NCBI GenBank assembly: GCA_031414775.1
Contig: JANOQI010000046.1
Span: 32,001 to 96,000 of the forward strand
DNA: 64,000 nucleotides
Direction of reading: 5' to 3'
Origin: Synechococcales cyanobacterium VAR_4_metabat_354
GTDB lineage: Bacteria; Cyanobacteriota; Cyanobacteriia; Cyanobacteriales; Chamaesiphonaceae
Of this stretch, positions 41,188 to 51,875 are shown piece after piece. The notes under the pieces are model-generated. The model was not told where the DNA came from and made no database searches. It saw only the letters and a program-made list of their open reading frames with translations. The position numbers and the translations under genes were made by a program. The number at the start of each line of letters is the position of its first letter. Within the stretch, counting starts at the first letter, position 1.

Positions 41188-41222
41188 AACAAATAAGGCT
41201 CAGACAGTTACTGCCTGAGCCT
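41188..41222 (-). terminator. Hairpin downstream of csbD-like gene
   Basis: AGGCTCAGACAG / CTGCCTGAGCCT stem; T-rich tail on the minus strand. Confidence 0.55.
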
Positions 41223-41262
41223 GATAGGCTAGAGGTAGTAGATTGTTGATGAATAATAAAAG

Positions 41263-41502
41263 CTATTTATTCAACTCATCCTTGGCGCGATCGATGCCTT
41301 CATTCACTTTGTCTGCTACTTGTTTAGCTGTGTCTGCAATTTTGTCCTTAGCATCTTCGATGCCATCGCGGACTTTTGCCACGCCTTGCTTAGCCTTGCC
41401 TTTGGCTTCGTCTTGGGAATTCCCTGTGACTGCACCTACGACTTCTTGTCCTTTTCCTTCTGCATTTTGAGCAGCTGCCTTAGCGCGATTTTCAATACTC
41501 AT
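41263..41502 (-). CDS. CsbD family general stress protein
   Basis: MSIENRAKAAAQNAEGKGQEVVGAVTGN..DEAKGKAKQ; AGGA RBS. Confidence 0.9.
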   Translation of the reverse strand: MSIENRAKAAAQNAEGKGQEVVGAVTGNSQDEAKGKAKQGVAKVRDGIEDAKDKIADTAKQVADKVNEGIDRAKDELNK

Positions 41503-41576
41503 AATAATTTCCTGTTGATGCCGTAAGTTTTACAGCTGAATTATTTTTACAGTACGATATTTTTCCAGCAGCTCTC

Positions 41577-41626
41577 TCTACTGATGGGTAGAGTAAGTTG
41601 GTCGATCATATCTATCAATAGATGTA
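41577..41626. promoter_or_regulatory. Paired palindromic boxes upstream of csbD-like gene
   Basis: TCTACT-GATG-GGTAGA (41577-41592; reverse complement TCTACCCATCAGTAGA, 13/16 identical to the 34566 box) and TCTATC-AATA-GATGTA (41611-41626). Confidence 0.55.
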
Positions 41627-41759
41627 GTGACCGGAAATCGGGGTGCCTTTAGTTTTGTAACAGAGTTTGAGTTTGGATGTGATTCATTCAATCGATCAAC
41701 TAGGTTCAATAAGACTGTCGGTAATTTGTATTTTTCCTATGTAGGAAATTAGAGCAATA

Positions 41760-44369
41760 TCAAGAGGTCGTAGTTGCGGCTGGTTTATTTTTAGCTTCCA
41801 AATTTTCCAAACGACTCTTCAGCTCTTGATTGACCTTTTTTACTTCATCTAACTCCTGTCGTAGTTGTTTCAACGCTGGATCAGTACCCGCATTTTTTTG
41901 CACTACTTGAATAGCCTCGTCGGCCATGCGCTTCACCCGCCCATCTGGACTCCCATTTGATAGCGATTGTAGTACCCCAATCGCTTTAATTGTTGTCATC
42001 TGTTTCAGAGACATCACTACTGATACTTGCGTGAGGAAGAAAGCCTCGCGTGCCAATTCTTGCAGTCGATCGAGAATCTTAGCCACATTCGGTGGAGACT
42101 GTTGCACTGAAATCCCTCCTAAGGCCCGGATGGCCGCGAGTCTTAGTGCCTGCGGTACACCAACTTCAGTATATTTCAACACCTGCTGCACTGCTTCTTC
42201 CGAATCACTGATTTTTGCCAGCCCACCGATTGCCCCGCTGCGGACTACTTCGTTCCAACCGCCGCGCGTTTCTAGCACTTGGGCAAGAAACTGAATCACC
42301 GTCGCTTGTTGGTCCTGTAAACTGGGTGCTACAACCAAGCTACCTAGAGCATTACAGGCCGCCGACTCCACATAATAGCTGGCATCTCCATCGGTCGCGA
42401 CTTTTTGGACTGCTGCCAAACTAGCTGTGGTTTTGAGCTTAGCTAAACAATCCACGATGGCACGGCGCACAAAAGGATCTTCATCGTTAATTTCACTTAC
42501 TAGTACTTCGATCGCCTGATCGAGTTGAATCTTGGCTAGAGACTCGGCGGCTTCTAAACGCACTGCCCAAAACTCTTCCTCCGCTAGGCATTTTGCCAAT
42601 GCTGCTACGGCAGCTAAGTTGCCTTTTTTGGCGATCGATCGCGCCGCAAACACCCGCGAAATTGGATCAGGATCGTGTTCTAACTGGGCAGATAGCTCAG
42701 CCAGCGGATATTCCAGCTCCACTGTTTTTAGATAATAGTTACCAATATCGAAACTGATAAAGTTGGGCTTGCTAGGCAAGGGAAAGTATAAAACTTGTTC
42801 TTTCTCGAAAACCCTGATCTTGAAGGGCTTAACTTCCACCTGTTCACCGTTAACATAGCCAAATCCAATCGGAATTTTCAGGTCGAAAAGATCGTTGGCG
42901 AGAGTGTGGATTCCTTCTATTGCCTGGGTTTGCTTGACCGTCACTTGAGCGGTACTGGTATCGCTATCCCAACTGTAAGAAATCTTGTAATCGGGATGAC
43001 CGCCCCGATACACGAATTGGTCGAAAAGAAACGCTAGATTGCGACCAGTGGCTTTATCGATCGATCGCAGCAAATCAATTGTTTCTACTGTCTGGTGGGC
43101 GTGATCTTGCACAAAAGTATGGATAAATTTATCAAATAATTCATCGCTACCTAATTCAGCCCGAATCATGTGGTAAACACAAGCACCCTTTTCATAGATA
43201 TGTCGATCATAGAGTTCGATCGCTTCCCGATAAATATTGGTGACGATCGGACGACGGTAACGATTACTATCCTCACCTAGATAGCTTTCCATCTCGCCTA
43301 GCATATAGTATGCCGCTTCGTCAGCGTCATACTCATGACCAGTCCACAAGACTTCAGCGTAGGAAGCCATCCCTTCCTTAATCCAAGCATGAGACCAATG
43401 TTTGATCACTACTAAATCCCCAAACCATTGGTGGGCTAATTCGTGTGCGACCAAGCTTTCGGTATTGTAATTGTCTAAACTAGCACGTTCGTCCAGCAAA
43501 CAGCGATCGGTTAACAACGTCGTGGCTGTATTTTCCATGCCCCCAAAGATAAAATCTTCAACGCAGACCTGGGCGTATTGCTCAAATGGATAGGGGTAGC
43601 CAAATTTTTGGCTGAAAAACTCAATCATGCGCGGCGTTTTGCCCATGCTGAGTTGGCCTTGTGCCTCTCGCCCTTTTTCAACATAATAATTAACCGGTTT
43701 ATCTCCATAGCTATCTTTGATTTCGGCAAAGCGACCCACGGCCAAGGTCATCAGGTAAGTGGGATGCACCTGCGGTTGTTGCCAATGATAGATTTTGTGC
43801 TCACCAGCTGTTTCGGTCTGGAACAGTTTGCCATTAGAGATAGCTATAAAGTCGGCGGGTACTGATACCCGGATTTCCGAGGTGGCCAGCTGGCCGGGGT
43901 AGTCAAAGCAAGGAAACCAAAACCGGGAATCTTCATCTTCGCCCTGCGTCCAGACTTGGGTTGCTTTGTTTGGATAATCGGCAGAAGGTTGAATAAAATA
44001 AATGCCGCGCTGGGGCTTGGTGACGGCGTAGTCGATCGATATCCCAACTGCTTGACCGGGGGTGAGGGCTGAGCCAATTTTAATCTGTAAGATCTCACCG
44101 TCGTGATCGAACTGCTGACTAACCCCATCAATTTTGACTGCTTTGATTTGCAGATCTACCGCATCCAAAACCAAAGAATCTACCTGAGATCGCACCGGAT
44201 TGAGCCGGATGTGACAATTGCCTTGTAGATGCTGATTGGGAATATCCAGAACGAGATCCAGAAAAATATGCTCCACCTGTCCTGGTCGATCAGGATTGTA
44301 GTGTGGACGAGCCCCCGGCATCTGAAAGGATTTGTGACTAGGGGCTTCATCAAAGTAGGAATGGGGCAT
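41760..44369 (-). CDS. pepN: M1 family aminopeptidase with C-terminal HEAT repeats
   Basis: GGMEN and HELAHQWFGD...EG zinc motif; HEAT-like repeats and a coiled-coil tail. Confidence 0.93.
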   Translation of the reverse strand: MPHSYFDEAPSHKSFQMPGARPHYNPDRPGQVEHIFLDLVLDIPNQHLQGNCHIRLNPVRSQVDSLVLDAVDLQIKAVKIDGVSQQFDHDGEILQIKIGSALTPGQAVGISIDYAVTKPQRGIYFIQPSADYPNKATQVWTQGEDEDSRFWFPCFDYPGQLATSEIRVSVPADFIAISNGKLFQTETAGEHKIYHWQQPQVHPTYLMTLAVGRFAEIKDSYGDKPVNYYVEKGREAQGQLSMGKTPRMIEFFSQKFGYPYPFEQYAQVCVEDFIFGGMENTATTLLTDRCLLDERASLDNYNTESLVAHELAHQWFGDLVVIKHWSHAWIKEGMASYAEVLWTGHEYDADEAAYYMLGEMESYLGEDSNRYRRPIVTNIYREAIELYDRHIYEKGACVYHMIRAELGSDELFDKFIHTFVQDHAHQTVETIDLLRSIDKATGRNLAFLFDQFVYRGGHPDYKISYSWDSDTSTAQVTVKQTQAIEGIHTLANDLFDLKIPIGFGYVNGEQVEVKPFKIRVFEKEQVLYFPLPSKPNFISFDIGNYYLKTVELEYPLAELSAQLEHDPDPISRVFAARSIAKKGNLAAVAALAKCLAEEEFWAVRLEAAESLAKIQLDQAIEVLVSEINDEDPFVRRAIVDCLAKLKTTASLAAVQKVATDGDASYYVESAACNALGSLVVAPSLQDQQATVIQFLAQVLETRGGWNEVVRSGAIGGLAKISDSEEAVQQVLKYTEVGVPQALRLAAIRALGGISVQQSPPNVAKILDRLQELAREAFFLTQVSVVMSLKQMTTIKAIGVLQSLSNGSPDGRVKRMADEAIQVVQKNAGTDPALKQLRQELDEVKKVNQELKSRLENLEAKNKPAATTTS

Positions 44370-44514
44370 AGCAAGTTAGAAAGCGGTAGTTTTTTTATTG
44401 TACCTATTTGCCAGCACTCTGTCTGGCGCGTAATTCTATCTGTTTTGCTAAATTGGCCAGTCGATTGCTAAGTCTTGGCAGTATGATAAAGCCTGAAGAA
44501 CAGGGGATCAGCCA

Positions 44515-45690
44515 ATGAAATTACCAAAAAGAATCATGTTGTTGGGTGCCGGCGAGTTAGGCAAGGAATTTACCATCGCTGCCCAACGGCTGGGTCAATA
44601 TGTGGTGGCTGTCGATCGCTATGCCAACGCTCCGGCTATGCAAGTTGCCGATGCTAGCGCTGTCATCTCGATGCTCAATGGTGATGATCTAGAGCGGGTT
44701 GTGCGAGAATTTCAACCAGATATCATTGTCCCCGAAATCGAAGCAATTCGGACGGAAAAACTTCAGGAATTTGAACAGCGCGGCATCACTGTGATCCCTA
44801 CTGCTAAGGCTACCGACTACACCATGAATCGCGATCGGATTCGGGAGTTAGCCCACCGCGAGTTAGGCGTTCGGACTGCCAACTACGCCTATGCCAGCAC
44901 CTTAGAAGGAATGATGGTCGCCTCAGACCACATCGGTTTCCCCAATGTGGTAAAGCCGGTGATGTCTTCTTCTGGTAAAGGGCAATCCGTCGTAAAAAGT
45001 GCTGTTGATGTTGAGCAAGCTTGGCAATACGCTATCGAAGGCTCCCGAGGTGACAGTCACAAAGTGATCATTGAAGAATTTATTAACTTCCAGCTAGAAA
45101 TTACGCTACTGACTATTAAGCAATGGCAAGGAGCCACCCTTTTTTGCGATCCGATCGGACATCGGCAAGAGCGCGGTGACTATCAAGAATCTTGGCAACC
45201 TGCTGTTTTAAGTAAGCAACAATTATCGGAGGCGCAATCAATCGCCACCCAAGTAACAGATGCCCTGGGTGGTGCAGGGATATTTGGCGTAGAGTTTTTC
45301 GTTACCCAAAGCGAGGTGATTTTCTCTGAGCTTTCACCCCGTCCCCACGATACGGGGATGGTGACACTGATTTCTCAAAATCTCAACGAATTTGAGTTAC
45401 ATCTACGCGCTGTCCTCGGTTTGCCTATTCCGGTAATCAGACAGTTGGGTTCTGCTGCCAGTGCTGTGATCTTGGCTGATAGTCAGTCCCAGAATATCTA
45501 TTTTACTGGCGTGGAAAAAGCTTTGGCCGAGCCAGATGTCGATATTAAGCTATTTGGCAAACCCGATAGCCGTCCCTATCGCCGCATGGGGGTAGCATTG
45601 GCCACTGCCGCATCTACCGATGAAGCCCGTTTGAAAGCAGCCAAGGCAGCCAGCTTAGTGCAAGTAAATTCAACGAGCCAACCAGCGTAA
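44515..45690 (+). CDS. purT: Formate-dependent phosphoribosylglycinamide formyltransferase
   Basis: [34 protein letters not shown] and RRMGVALA. Confidence 0.97.
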   Translation: MKLPKRIMLLGAGELGKEFTIAAQRLGQYVVAVDRYANAPAMQVADASAVISMLNGDDLERVVREFQPDIIVPEIEAIRTEKLQEFEQRGITVIPTAKATDYTMNRDRIRELAHRELGVRTANYAYASTLEGMMVASDHIGFPNVVKPVMSSSGKGQSVVKSAVDVEQAWQYAIEGSRGDSHKVIIEEFINFQLEITLLTIKQWQGATLFCDPIGHRQERGDYQESWQPAVLSKQQLSEAQSIATQVTDALGGAGIFGVEFFVTQSEVIFSELSPRPHDTGMVTLISQNLNEFELHLRAVLGLPIPVIRQLGSAASAVILADSQSQNIYFTGVEKALAEPDVDIKLFGKPDSRPYRRMGVALATAASTDEARLKAAKAASLVQVNSTSQPA

Positions 45691-45939
45691 TAATTGGGCT
45701 AGTTCCCAGAGCCGATCAACCTGACCGGCTTGGCTCTGATAAATTTGGCGGAGTTGTAAAAATTGCAGCTGCTGCTCAGCCAATACCAAAGGTGCAAACC
45801 GCAACTGTTCACTATGGATAATAGCTTTTTCCAAGACCGCACTCACCATCATGATTTTGGGGCGGCAGCACCATAATCTGACGGCTATCGTCCAGCAGAC
45901 CAACGAAATTAAAATATTGATGACTAACACTACCAACAT
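45670..45939 (-). CDS. Hypothetical membrane protein
   Basis: N-terminal TM segment and coiled-coil-like tail; co-oriented with 45950-46642. Confidence 0.6.
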   Translation of the reverse strand: MLVVLVINILISLVCWTIAVRLWCCRPKIMMVSAVLEKAIIHSEQLRFAPLVLAEQQLQFLQLRQIYQSQAGQVDRLWELAQLLRWLAR

Positions 45940-45949
45940 CTAAAACCTG

Positions 45950-46642
45950 CTAAGGCATCCATTCCAAACCAATTCCTACCCGACTGTCTTTGCTTTCGCG
46001 GGCATTTTGGAATTGGATTTCTCCAGAAATCCGGAGCTGATTGGTTAAAGCATAGCCTGCTATCAACGTCGAAATGCCCACTTCTTCACTGCTGCCCAAA
46101 CCCACCCAACTCTGTTGCAGGGTAATGTCACCGCCGCCGCCGCGTGCTGGCACCAGCAATAACTTGATCCCCAAATTGAGACCATCACGATTATAGACAG
46201 CGGACTCTAGATGCCGATAACCGACTACCGGGGAGAAATTGATATATCCGCCCAGTGGTAAGACATAGTAGTTAATATCCGCTCCGTAAGAATTAAACTT
46301 GGCCTGATTATTCCAGTTGGCATTGAGTGCCCATCCCGATCGATCGATCAACAAATCACTAACACCCACATCAAAACCACCAGCCTGATTATTGGCCGGA
46401 TATTGGGAGTAACCTAATCGAAATCTCGTCCGAAAACTAGGATCGTTTTGAATTTCGGCTCCAACATCAGGAATTTTTTGTAGCCACCGCTGCAACACCG
46501 GGCTATTACGAATAATCTCGGGATCAATATCGATCTGTGGCGGTGGTGTGGCAGCGGGAATATTCTGAGCAGCAACCTCTGTAGCTGCTAAAACAGCTGG
46601 CAGCCACAGAAACTGCCATAAGATGGAGAGTTTTAAGCGCAC
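45950..46642 (-). CDS. Hypothetical exported protein (possible outer-membrane beta-barrel)
   Basis: Signal peptide; SPVLQRWLQKIPDV..DPSFRTR motif; amphipathic strands ending in GLEWMP. Confidence 0.75.
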   Translation of the reverse strand: MRLKLSILWQFLWLPAVLAATEVAAQNIPAATPPPQIDIDPEIIRNSPVLQRWLQKIPDVGAEIQNDPSFRTRFRLGYSQYPANNQAGGFDVGVSDLLIDRSGWALNANWNNQAKFNSYGADINYYVLPLGGYINFSPVVGYRHLESAVYNRDGLNLGIKLLLVPARGGGGDITLQQSWVGLGSSEEVGISTLIAGYALTNQLRISGEIQFQNARESKDSRVGIGLEWMP

Positions 46643-46712
46643 AAAATATAGAGGAATGGAGACTTGGCTATTTTAACCGCAATTAATTCCCTTTAGTAGA
46701 GTCTGGATCATA

Positions 46713-47672
46713 CTAATTCAGTACTAGTTTAATTTGAGACAAGAGTAGTTGATTGTGATGACGATCTGCTAAATCTCTTGCTCTGAACCAGTCCTTGCTG
46801 GCTGCTTCCGGATTTGGCTGATGGTGCATCGCCCAACCACGATAAAAATAGCCGTACTCATCGTTGGCGTAGAGATCAACGCCCTCTTGCTCTTCCCACC
46901 TTTGACCAAATTCAAAACTGTACTGCGCGGCGGCTAGATCTGTTTGATAGTCAACGGCCAGCTTGCCCAATACATAATACAGCGGTGGATACTGAGGCCG
47001 TAGCTCGATTGCTTGCGCAATAGTACGCTGAGCCATTTCTAATTCACCTAAATGGGTCTGCACCAAACTCAAATAGTAATGAGGATGGAAAAAATCAGGC
47101 TTGAGTTCGATCGATCGCTGAAAATCATCACGGGCAGCCGTCACATTACCCAAGCGCATTTGGATGATCCCGCGACTGTGGTGGGCTTCGGCCAAGTCTG
47201 GCTGATGGTCGATCGCCTGGTTATAGTCATTCAGCGCTGCTGCGTTTTGACCAGTAGCCATCAAAATTGCACCTCTTCCCAAATAAGCTTCAGCTTGTTT
47301 GGGATTCAGCTTTAGCGACCGGCCAAAATCGATGGCCGCTTTTTCCGGTTCACCAGTCCGATAAAAAATCTTACCCCGGTTGCAGTAAAGCTGTGACCTA
47401 CGACAATGCAGCTTTTCGGCTCGCGAATAGTGTCGTAAGGCTCCTTCATAATCGCCTTTGGCGGCTGTTAGGTCGCCGAGTAAACAGAACAGTACAATCA
47501 GCCCAAACCAAATCACTGCCGCCAAAATTGGAATACCTAGCGCAAATATTAAGCCTCCCCGCTGCGCGCTCCAGACCATCAGCAGCACCAATAAGGCTAA
47601 CCCTCCAAATCCTCCAAAGGTCAGATTCCCATAGGGTAAAAATTTTGAATTCAACCGTCTGCTCCTATCCAA
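46713..47672 (-). CDS. Membrane-anchored TPR repeat protein
   Basis: Two TM segments followed by repeats such as AEAYLGRG..AALNDYNQAI; start codon uncertain. Confidence 0.85.
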   Translation of the reverse strand: MDRSRRLNSKFLPYGNLTFGGFGGLALLVLLMVWSAQRGGLIFALGIPILAAVIWFGLIVLFCLLGDLTAAKGDYEGALRHYSRAEKLHCRRSQLYCNRGKIFYRTGEPEKAAIDFGRSLKLNPKQAEAYLGRGAILMATGQNAAALNDYNQAIDHQPDLAEAHHSRGIIQMRLGNVTAARDDFQRSIELKPDFFHPHYYLSLVQTHLGELEMAQRTIAQAIELRPQYPPLYYVLGKLAVDYQTDLAAAQYSFEFGQRWEEQEGVDLYANDEYGYFYRGWAMHHQPNPEAASKDWFRARDLADRHHNQLLLSQIKLVLN

Positions 47673-47888
47673 GATTTATAAATTTATTTGTAAATATGGG
47701 CACTCTAACCACTTAGTCGATGTCTAATTAGCTTAAGCAACAAGGGTTCTTACTGTAACTTAGCTACAGAAACTACCAGCTATTACTTTAGAGGTACTTA
47801 CTCCGATCGATCTATAAAATATATCCAGATCTTATTACGATTTGTTAAGCATTGAAGAATTGATTTTCAGTGTACAATCAGGTTATAG

Positions 47889-47906
47889 TTTACAAACGTT
47901 TACATT
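47889..47906 (+). promoter_or_regulatory. HLR1 (RpaB-binding) direct repeat
   Basis: TTTACAAA-CG-TTTACATT is an exact match to (G/T)TTACA(T/A)(T/A)-N2-(G/T)TTACA(T/A)(T/A); TACAAT at 47873-47878 lies just upstream. Confidence 0.65.
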
Positions 47907-48045
47907 CCAATAATTTTTTCCTCAAGATCAATATCTGACGGCGACTGTACCGGAAATCACCAGTAAGCAGTTGGATCTATATTAAAGATTGCAAATTGCT
48001 CATTAAACCAAGCCACAAATAATAGCTTACCCTGGAGTCTATCAA

Positions 48046-48198
48046 GTGTTCGACCCAATCAATGCTACTACTTCTGTCCGGATTCTGTGTAATGCTTATC
48101 TCTATTCCTGTATAGCTTTGGTAGGATTTAGCTACTTTGGTTATTGGGTTCTTAATCAGTTAGAGAAATCGCCGGAACAATCTCAGCAGTCCCATTAG
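48046..48198 (+). CDS. Small (50 aa) single-TM protein, not in ORF track
   Basis: GGAG RBS then GTG: MFDPINATTSVRILCNAYLYSCIALVGFSYFGYWVLNQLEKSPEQSQQSH*. Confidence 0.6.
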   Translation: MFDPINATTSVRILCNAYLYSCIALVGFSYFGYWVLNQLEKSPEQSQQSH

Positions 48199-48271
48199 TC
48201 TGCTGTAGTCCCTGCTTAACTGATCTCCTTCCTGTTATCTTGATGGATGGTAACTTTTTGCTCTACCAGTC

Positions 48272-48907
48272 ATGACTAACGAACTAGAAAACTTTCAAAT
48301 CTGTGATCGAGATTTGGATAAAGCTCTACTCGATCAATATCTTCAAGCTGATTCGATCGCCATCGATACAGAAACGATGGGTTTGAATTACCAAAGAGAT
48401 CGCCTTTGTTTGGTTCAACTTTGTGCAACTGGGCTAGTTACGATAATTCGTATTGCTCCCGATCAGACTAGTGCCCCTCATCTTCAGCGGCTGATGAGTG
48501 CAGCACACATTACTAAAGTTTTTCACTTCGCTCGGTTCGATGTGGCTCAATTGCGCCATCGGCTGAATATTGAAACCACTCCTATTTTTTGTACAAAAAT
48601 CGCCAGCAAGTTAGTTAGAACCTATTCTTCTCGTCATGGCCTGAAAGAACTCGTGTTTCAGCTAGAGGGTGTAGAGTTGGACAAATCTTCGCAATGTTCA
48701 GACTGGGGTAATGCCGCCAACTTGTCGGATGAGCAACTGCACTATGCCGCTAATGATGTGCGTTACCTGATCAGTATCAAAGACAAGCTAAGTGAAATGT
48801 TAAAGAGAGAAAACCGCTGGGAGCTGGCTCAGGATTGTTTTCAAGCTCTGCCCGTCTTGATTTCACTGGACATCTTACAGTACGGTGATATTTTCTCTCA
48901 TCATTAG
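48272..48907 (+). CDS. rnd: Ribonuclease D-like 3'-5' exonuclease
   Basis: [29 protein letters not shown] and YAANDV (DEDDy). Confidence 0.92.
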   Translation: MTNELENFQICDRDLDKALLDQYLQADSIAIDTETMGLNYQRDRLCLVQLCATGLVTIIRIAPDQTSAPHLQRLMSAAHITKVFHFARFDVAQLRHRLNIETTPIFCTKIASKLVRTYSSRHGLKELVFQLEGVELDKSSQCSDWGNAANLSDEQLHYAANDVRYLISIKDKLSEMLKRENRWELAQDCFQALPVLISLDILQYGDIFSHH

Positions 48908-48912
48908 AAATC

Positions 48913-49683
48913 ATGCTCGCTAAAAGAATTTTGCCCTGCCTTGATGTTAAAGGTGGTCGGGTCGTCAAAGGGGTTAACTTCGTCGGATTACGGGATGCCG
49001 GCGACCCGGTAGAATTAGCTAAAACCTATAATGATGCTGGTGCTGATGAGTTAGTATTTCTAGATATTACTGCTAGTCATGAAGGTCGTCAGACCATTGT
49101 AGATGTAGTATATCGAACGGCTGAACAGGTCTTTATTCCGCTCACTGTGGGTGGGGGTATTCAGTCGGTAGATGATATTAAAATCCTGCTGCGGGCGGGT
49201 GCGGACAAAGTTAGTCTCAATTCCGCAGCGGTCAAAAACCCTAATTTAATCAATCAAGCTAGTGATCGGTTTGGCAACCAGTGCATTGTGGTAGCGATCG
49301 ATGCCAAGCGTCGCCACAATCCTGATGGTACGGTGGGCTGGGATGTTTATGTTAAAGGCGGCCGCGAGAATACTGGTCTGGATGCGATTACTTGGGCGCA
49401 GGATGTGACTCAACGGGGCGCAGGTGAATTACTAGTTACTAGTATGGATGCTGATGGCACCAAAGCTGGTTATGACATAGAACTAACAAGATCGATCACT
49501 GATGCGGTGGAAATTCCGGTGATTGCTTCTGGTGGCGCGGGTACCTGTGAGCATATTCATCAGGCCGTAACCACTGGTAAGGCAGAGGCCGCGCTGTTGG
49601 CATCCTTGCTTCATAACTGTGAGCTAACTGTTAAGGAAATTAAAGATTATTTACATAAACAGCAGGTAATTGTCCGTCGTTGA
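48913..49683 (+). CDS. hisF: Imidazole glycerol phosphate synthase subunit HisF
   Basis: [27 protein letters not shown] and [12 protein letters not shown]. Confidence 0.98.
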   Translation: MLAKRILPCLDVKGGRVVKGVNFVGLRDAGDPVELAKTYNDAGADELVFLDITASHEGRQTIVDVVYRTAEQVFIPLTVGGGIQSVDDIKILLRAGADKVSLNSAAVKNPNLINQASDRFGNQCIVVAIDAKRRHNPDGTVGWDVYVKGGRENTGLDAITWAQDVTQRGAGELLVTSMDADGTKAGYDIELTRSITDAVEIPVIASGGAGTCEHIHQAVTTGKAEAALLASLLHNCELTVKEIKDYLHKQQVIVRR

Positions 49684-49810
49684 TTCTGTCCAAGGCTCAG
49701 TTACAATTCTTTAGAAAAGATTAAAGTGTTGTGGTTCCTGTATCAGAGACTGGAAAGTAATTGTTTTGTGCGGTAGGATAATGAAAAGCAATATGTAAAC
49801 TTTTATTAAA

Positions 49811-50014
49811 ATGTTGATTGGATTAATCATACTAGATATGGCGCTGGCAACTTGGTCGCTGCGCTTGATGCAAGCAGCTAGCGATCGGAAAGAGTTCTCA
49901 TTATTCTTGGCTGGTATCTTGGTGGCAATGGCGGGTGCTGGTTCGATCGCCGTCTATACGCTAATGAACAGCTATATGTGCTTTTTAGATACCATTGCCC
50001 AACGGGGTTATTAG
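49811..50014 (+). CDS. Small hypothetical membrane protein
   Basis: 67 aa with two hydrophobic segments; fills the gap before tRNA-Ala. Confidence 0.65.
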   Translation: MLIGLIILDMALATWSLRLMQAASDRKEFSLFLAGILVAMAGAGSIAVYTLMNSYMCFLDTIAQRGY

Positions 50015-50064
50015 CCTAATGTTGACAAACACAGCTTTTATGGCGTAACTTAGATGATGTACTT

Positions 50065-50137
50065 GGGGTCATAACTCAGTTGGTAGAGTGTCACGATGGC
50101 ATCGTGAAAGCCAGCGGTTCGAGTCCGCTTGACTCCA
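50065..50137 (+). tRNA. tRNA-Ala (GGC)
   Basis: GGGGTCA/TGACTCC acceptor stem with G3:U70; anticodon loop ATGGCAT; GTTCGAG T-loop. Confidence 0.97.
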
Positions 50138-50305
50138 TTAAGTTTTCTAGAGCCGCTCTGTCTGAAATATTCTTGAATCATAGTCAGCAATGGCAATCCA
50201 GGGAAATTTAGATTGTAGTCGATCGCTGGCAGCTATCCCCAACAACTAAATACCTAATCTCCCCGGTTGAATCGCCACTTCATCAGTAGAAAGCAGTTCA
50301 GCACA

Positions 50306-50617
50306 CTACCATTTGAGCAAATTGAACTGTTCCATATCCACTGTCATCCGGTTCCGGTAGATGGCGAGGACAATTGCCAGACCAACAGCTGCTTCTGCCG
50401 CTGCAATCGCAATTACAAACACTGCAAATACTTGGCCTTTGATGCCCACTGGATCGATAAAGTTAGAGAACCCCATTAAATTGAGATTGACGGCATTAAG
50501 CATCAGTTCGATCGACATTAGTACTCGTACCGCGTTACGGCTGGTGACTAATCCATAGATACCAATACAAAAAAGAGCAGCAGCGATGACCAGAAAATAA
50601 GAAAGTTGTAATTGCAT
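50306..50617 (-). CDS. ndhE: NAD(P)H-quinone oxidoreductase subunit 4L
   Basis: [20 protein letters not shown] and [11 protein letters not shown]. Confidence 0.97.
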   Translation of the reverse strand: MQLQLSYFLVIAAALFCIGIYGLVTSRNAVRVLMSIELMLNAVNLNLMGFSNFIDPVGIKGQVFAVFVIAIAAAEAAVGLAIVLAIYRNRMTVDMEQFNLLKW

Positions 50618-50656
50618 AAAATTAGTAATCTTAATAATTAAGTGATATCTAAAAAA

Positions 50657-51244
50657 CTATTTACCAACTAGCTCCCTGGCTCTTTCTGGCAAGTTGAGCG
50701 CCGATTCTTCGGTGTTTTCACCTGGAACATCAGGAATAAACTCCCGCCGCGCCAAAACAATCGCTCCAATCATGGCAATGAGTAACAAAACCGAAGACAG
50801 CTCGAAGGGCAGCAAGAAGTCGGTGAAGAAGTGCTTGGCTAAAGGCACCAAAGAACCAACTGGCGAAGTTTCCGTCGATATCTGCCAAGGTGTGATCACT
50901 GCTACGGTAGAAAGTAGAGCAAACAGACCAGCACAGACCGCCGCCGCACTGATTCGTCCTACCCACAGATTTTTAGTGGGTTTGAAATCTTCTCTCTTGT
51001 TTACCAGCATAATTGCAAACAGAATCAAGACATTGACCGCTCCGACATAAATCAGGATCTGGGCAGCCGAGACAAAATCGGCATTGAGCAAAATATACAG
51101 CCCCGCCATACTGATAAAAACGCCGCCCAGCAAAAACGCGGAGTAGACAATATTACTGAGTAATACTACGCCTAGAGCAGTCCCTAGCATTAAAACCGAG
51201 AGAATGACGAAGGAGATGAATTGGACACCTTGGGGAATATTCAT
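50657..51244 (-). CDS. ndhG: NAD(P)H-quinone oxidoreductase subunit 6
   Basis: AAQILIYVGAVNVLILFAIML and LLPFELSSVLLL. Confidence 0.97.
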   Translation of the reverse strand: MNIPQGVQFISFVILSVLMLGTALGVVLLSNIVYSAFLLGGVFISMAGLYILLNADFVSAAQILIYVGAVNVLILFAIMLVNKREDFKPTKNLWVGRISAAAVCAGLFALLSTVAVITPWQISTETSPVGSLVPLAKHFFTDFLLPFELSSVLLLIAMIGAIVLARREFIPDVPGENTEESALNLPERARELVGK

Positions 51245-51247
51245 AAC

Positions 51248-51841
51248 TTATTTATCAGAGGACGCGTTGGAGGCATTAATTTCTTCAGGACGTTGGCCAG
51301 CGCGTTGCGCGTCAGCAGGCAGATCGTGGGGATCCATTACGCCTTTGGGCAGATAAGCAAGAGTGCGGAGCGGAGTAACCATTGGGTCGTTGGTAACTTT
51401 ATAGGGCAACCGACCCAATGCCACACTGTCATAATTCAGCTCATGTCGATCGTAAGTCGATAACTCATACTCTTCGGTCATTGATAAACAATTGGTGGGG
51501 CAATATTCCACACAGTTGCCACAGAAAATACAAACGCCAAAATCGATGCTGTAAGCATCCAGTTTCTTCTTTTTGCTGGCCTTATCAAACTGGTAATCGA
51601 CAACCGGCAGGTTAATGGGACAGACCCGCACGCAGACTTCGCAGGCAATGCATTTATCAAATTCAAAGTGAATCCGCCCCCGAAAACGCTCGGAAGGAAT
51701 CAGCTTTTCGTAGGGGTACTGCACCGTAATGGGGCGGCGCTGCATGTGGTCAAAAGTCACCGCCATGCCCTGGCCAATATACTTGGCAGACTGGACGGTT
51801 TCTTTGCCGTAGTCTACTACTTGCTTTAAGAACTTCAACAT
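51248..51841 (-). CDS. ndhI: NAD(P)H-quinone oxidoreductase subunit I
   Basis: [12 protein letters not shown] and [12 protein letters not shown] [4Fe-4S] motifs. Confidence 0.98.
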   Translation of the reverse strand: MLKFLKQVVDYGKETVQSAKYIGQGMAVTFDHMQRRPITVQYPYEKLIPSERFRGRIHFEFDKCIACEVCVRVCPINLPVVDYQFDKASKKKKLDAYSIDFGVCIFCGNCVEYCPTNCLSMTEEYELSTYDRHELNYDSVALGRLPYKVTNDPMVTPLRTLAYLPKGVMDPHDLPADAQRAGQRPEEINASNASSDK

Positions 51842-51875
51842 AGGAGGTAAATCTCTTGGGAATTAATGTAACAGC

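Noticed and set aside
47753..47767. NtcA-like box GTA-ACTTAGC-TAC
   Set aside because: Spacer is 7 nt, not the required 8.
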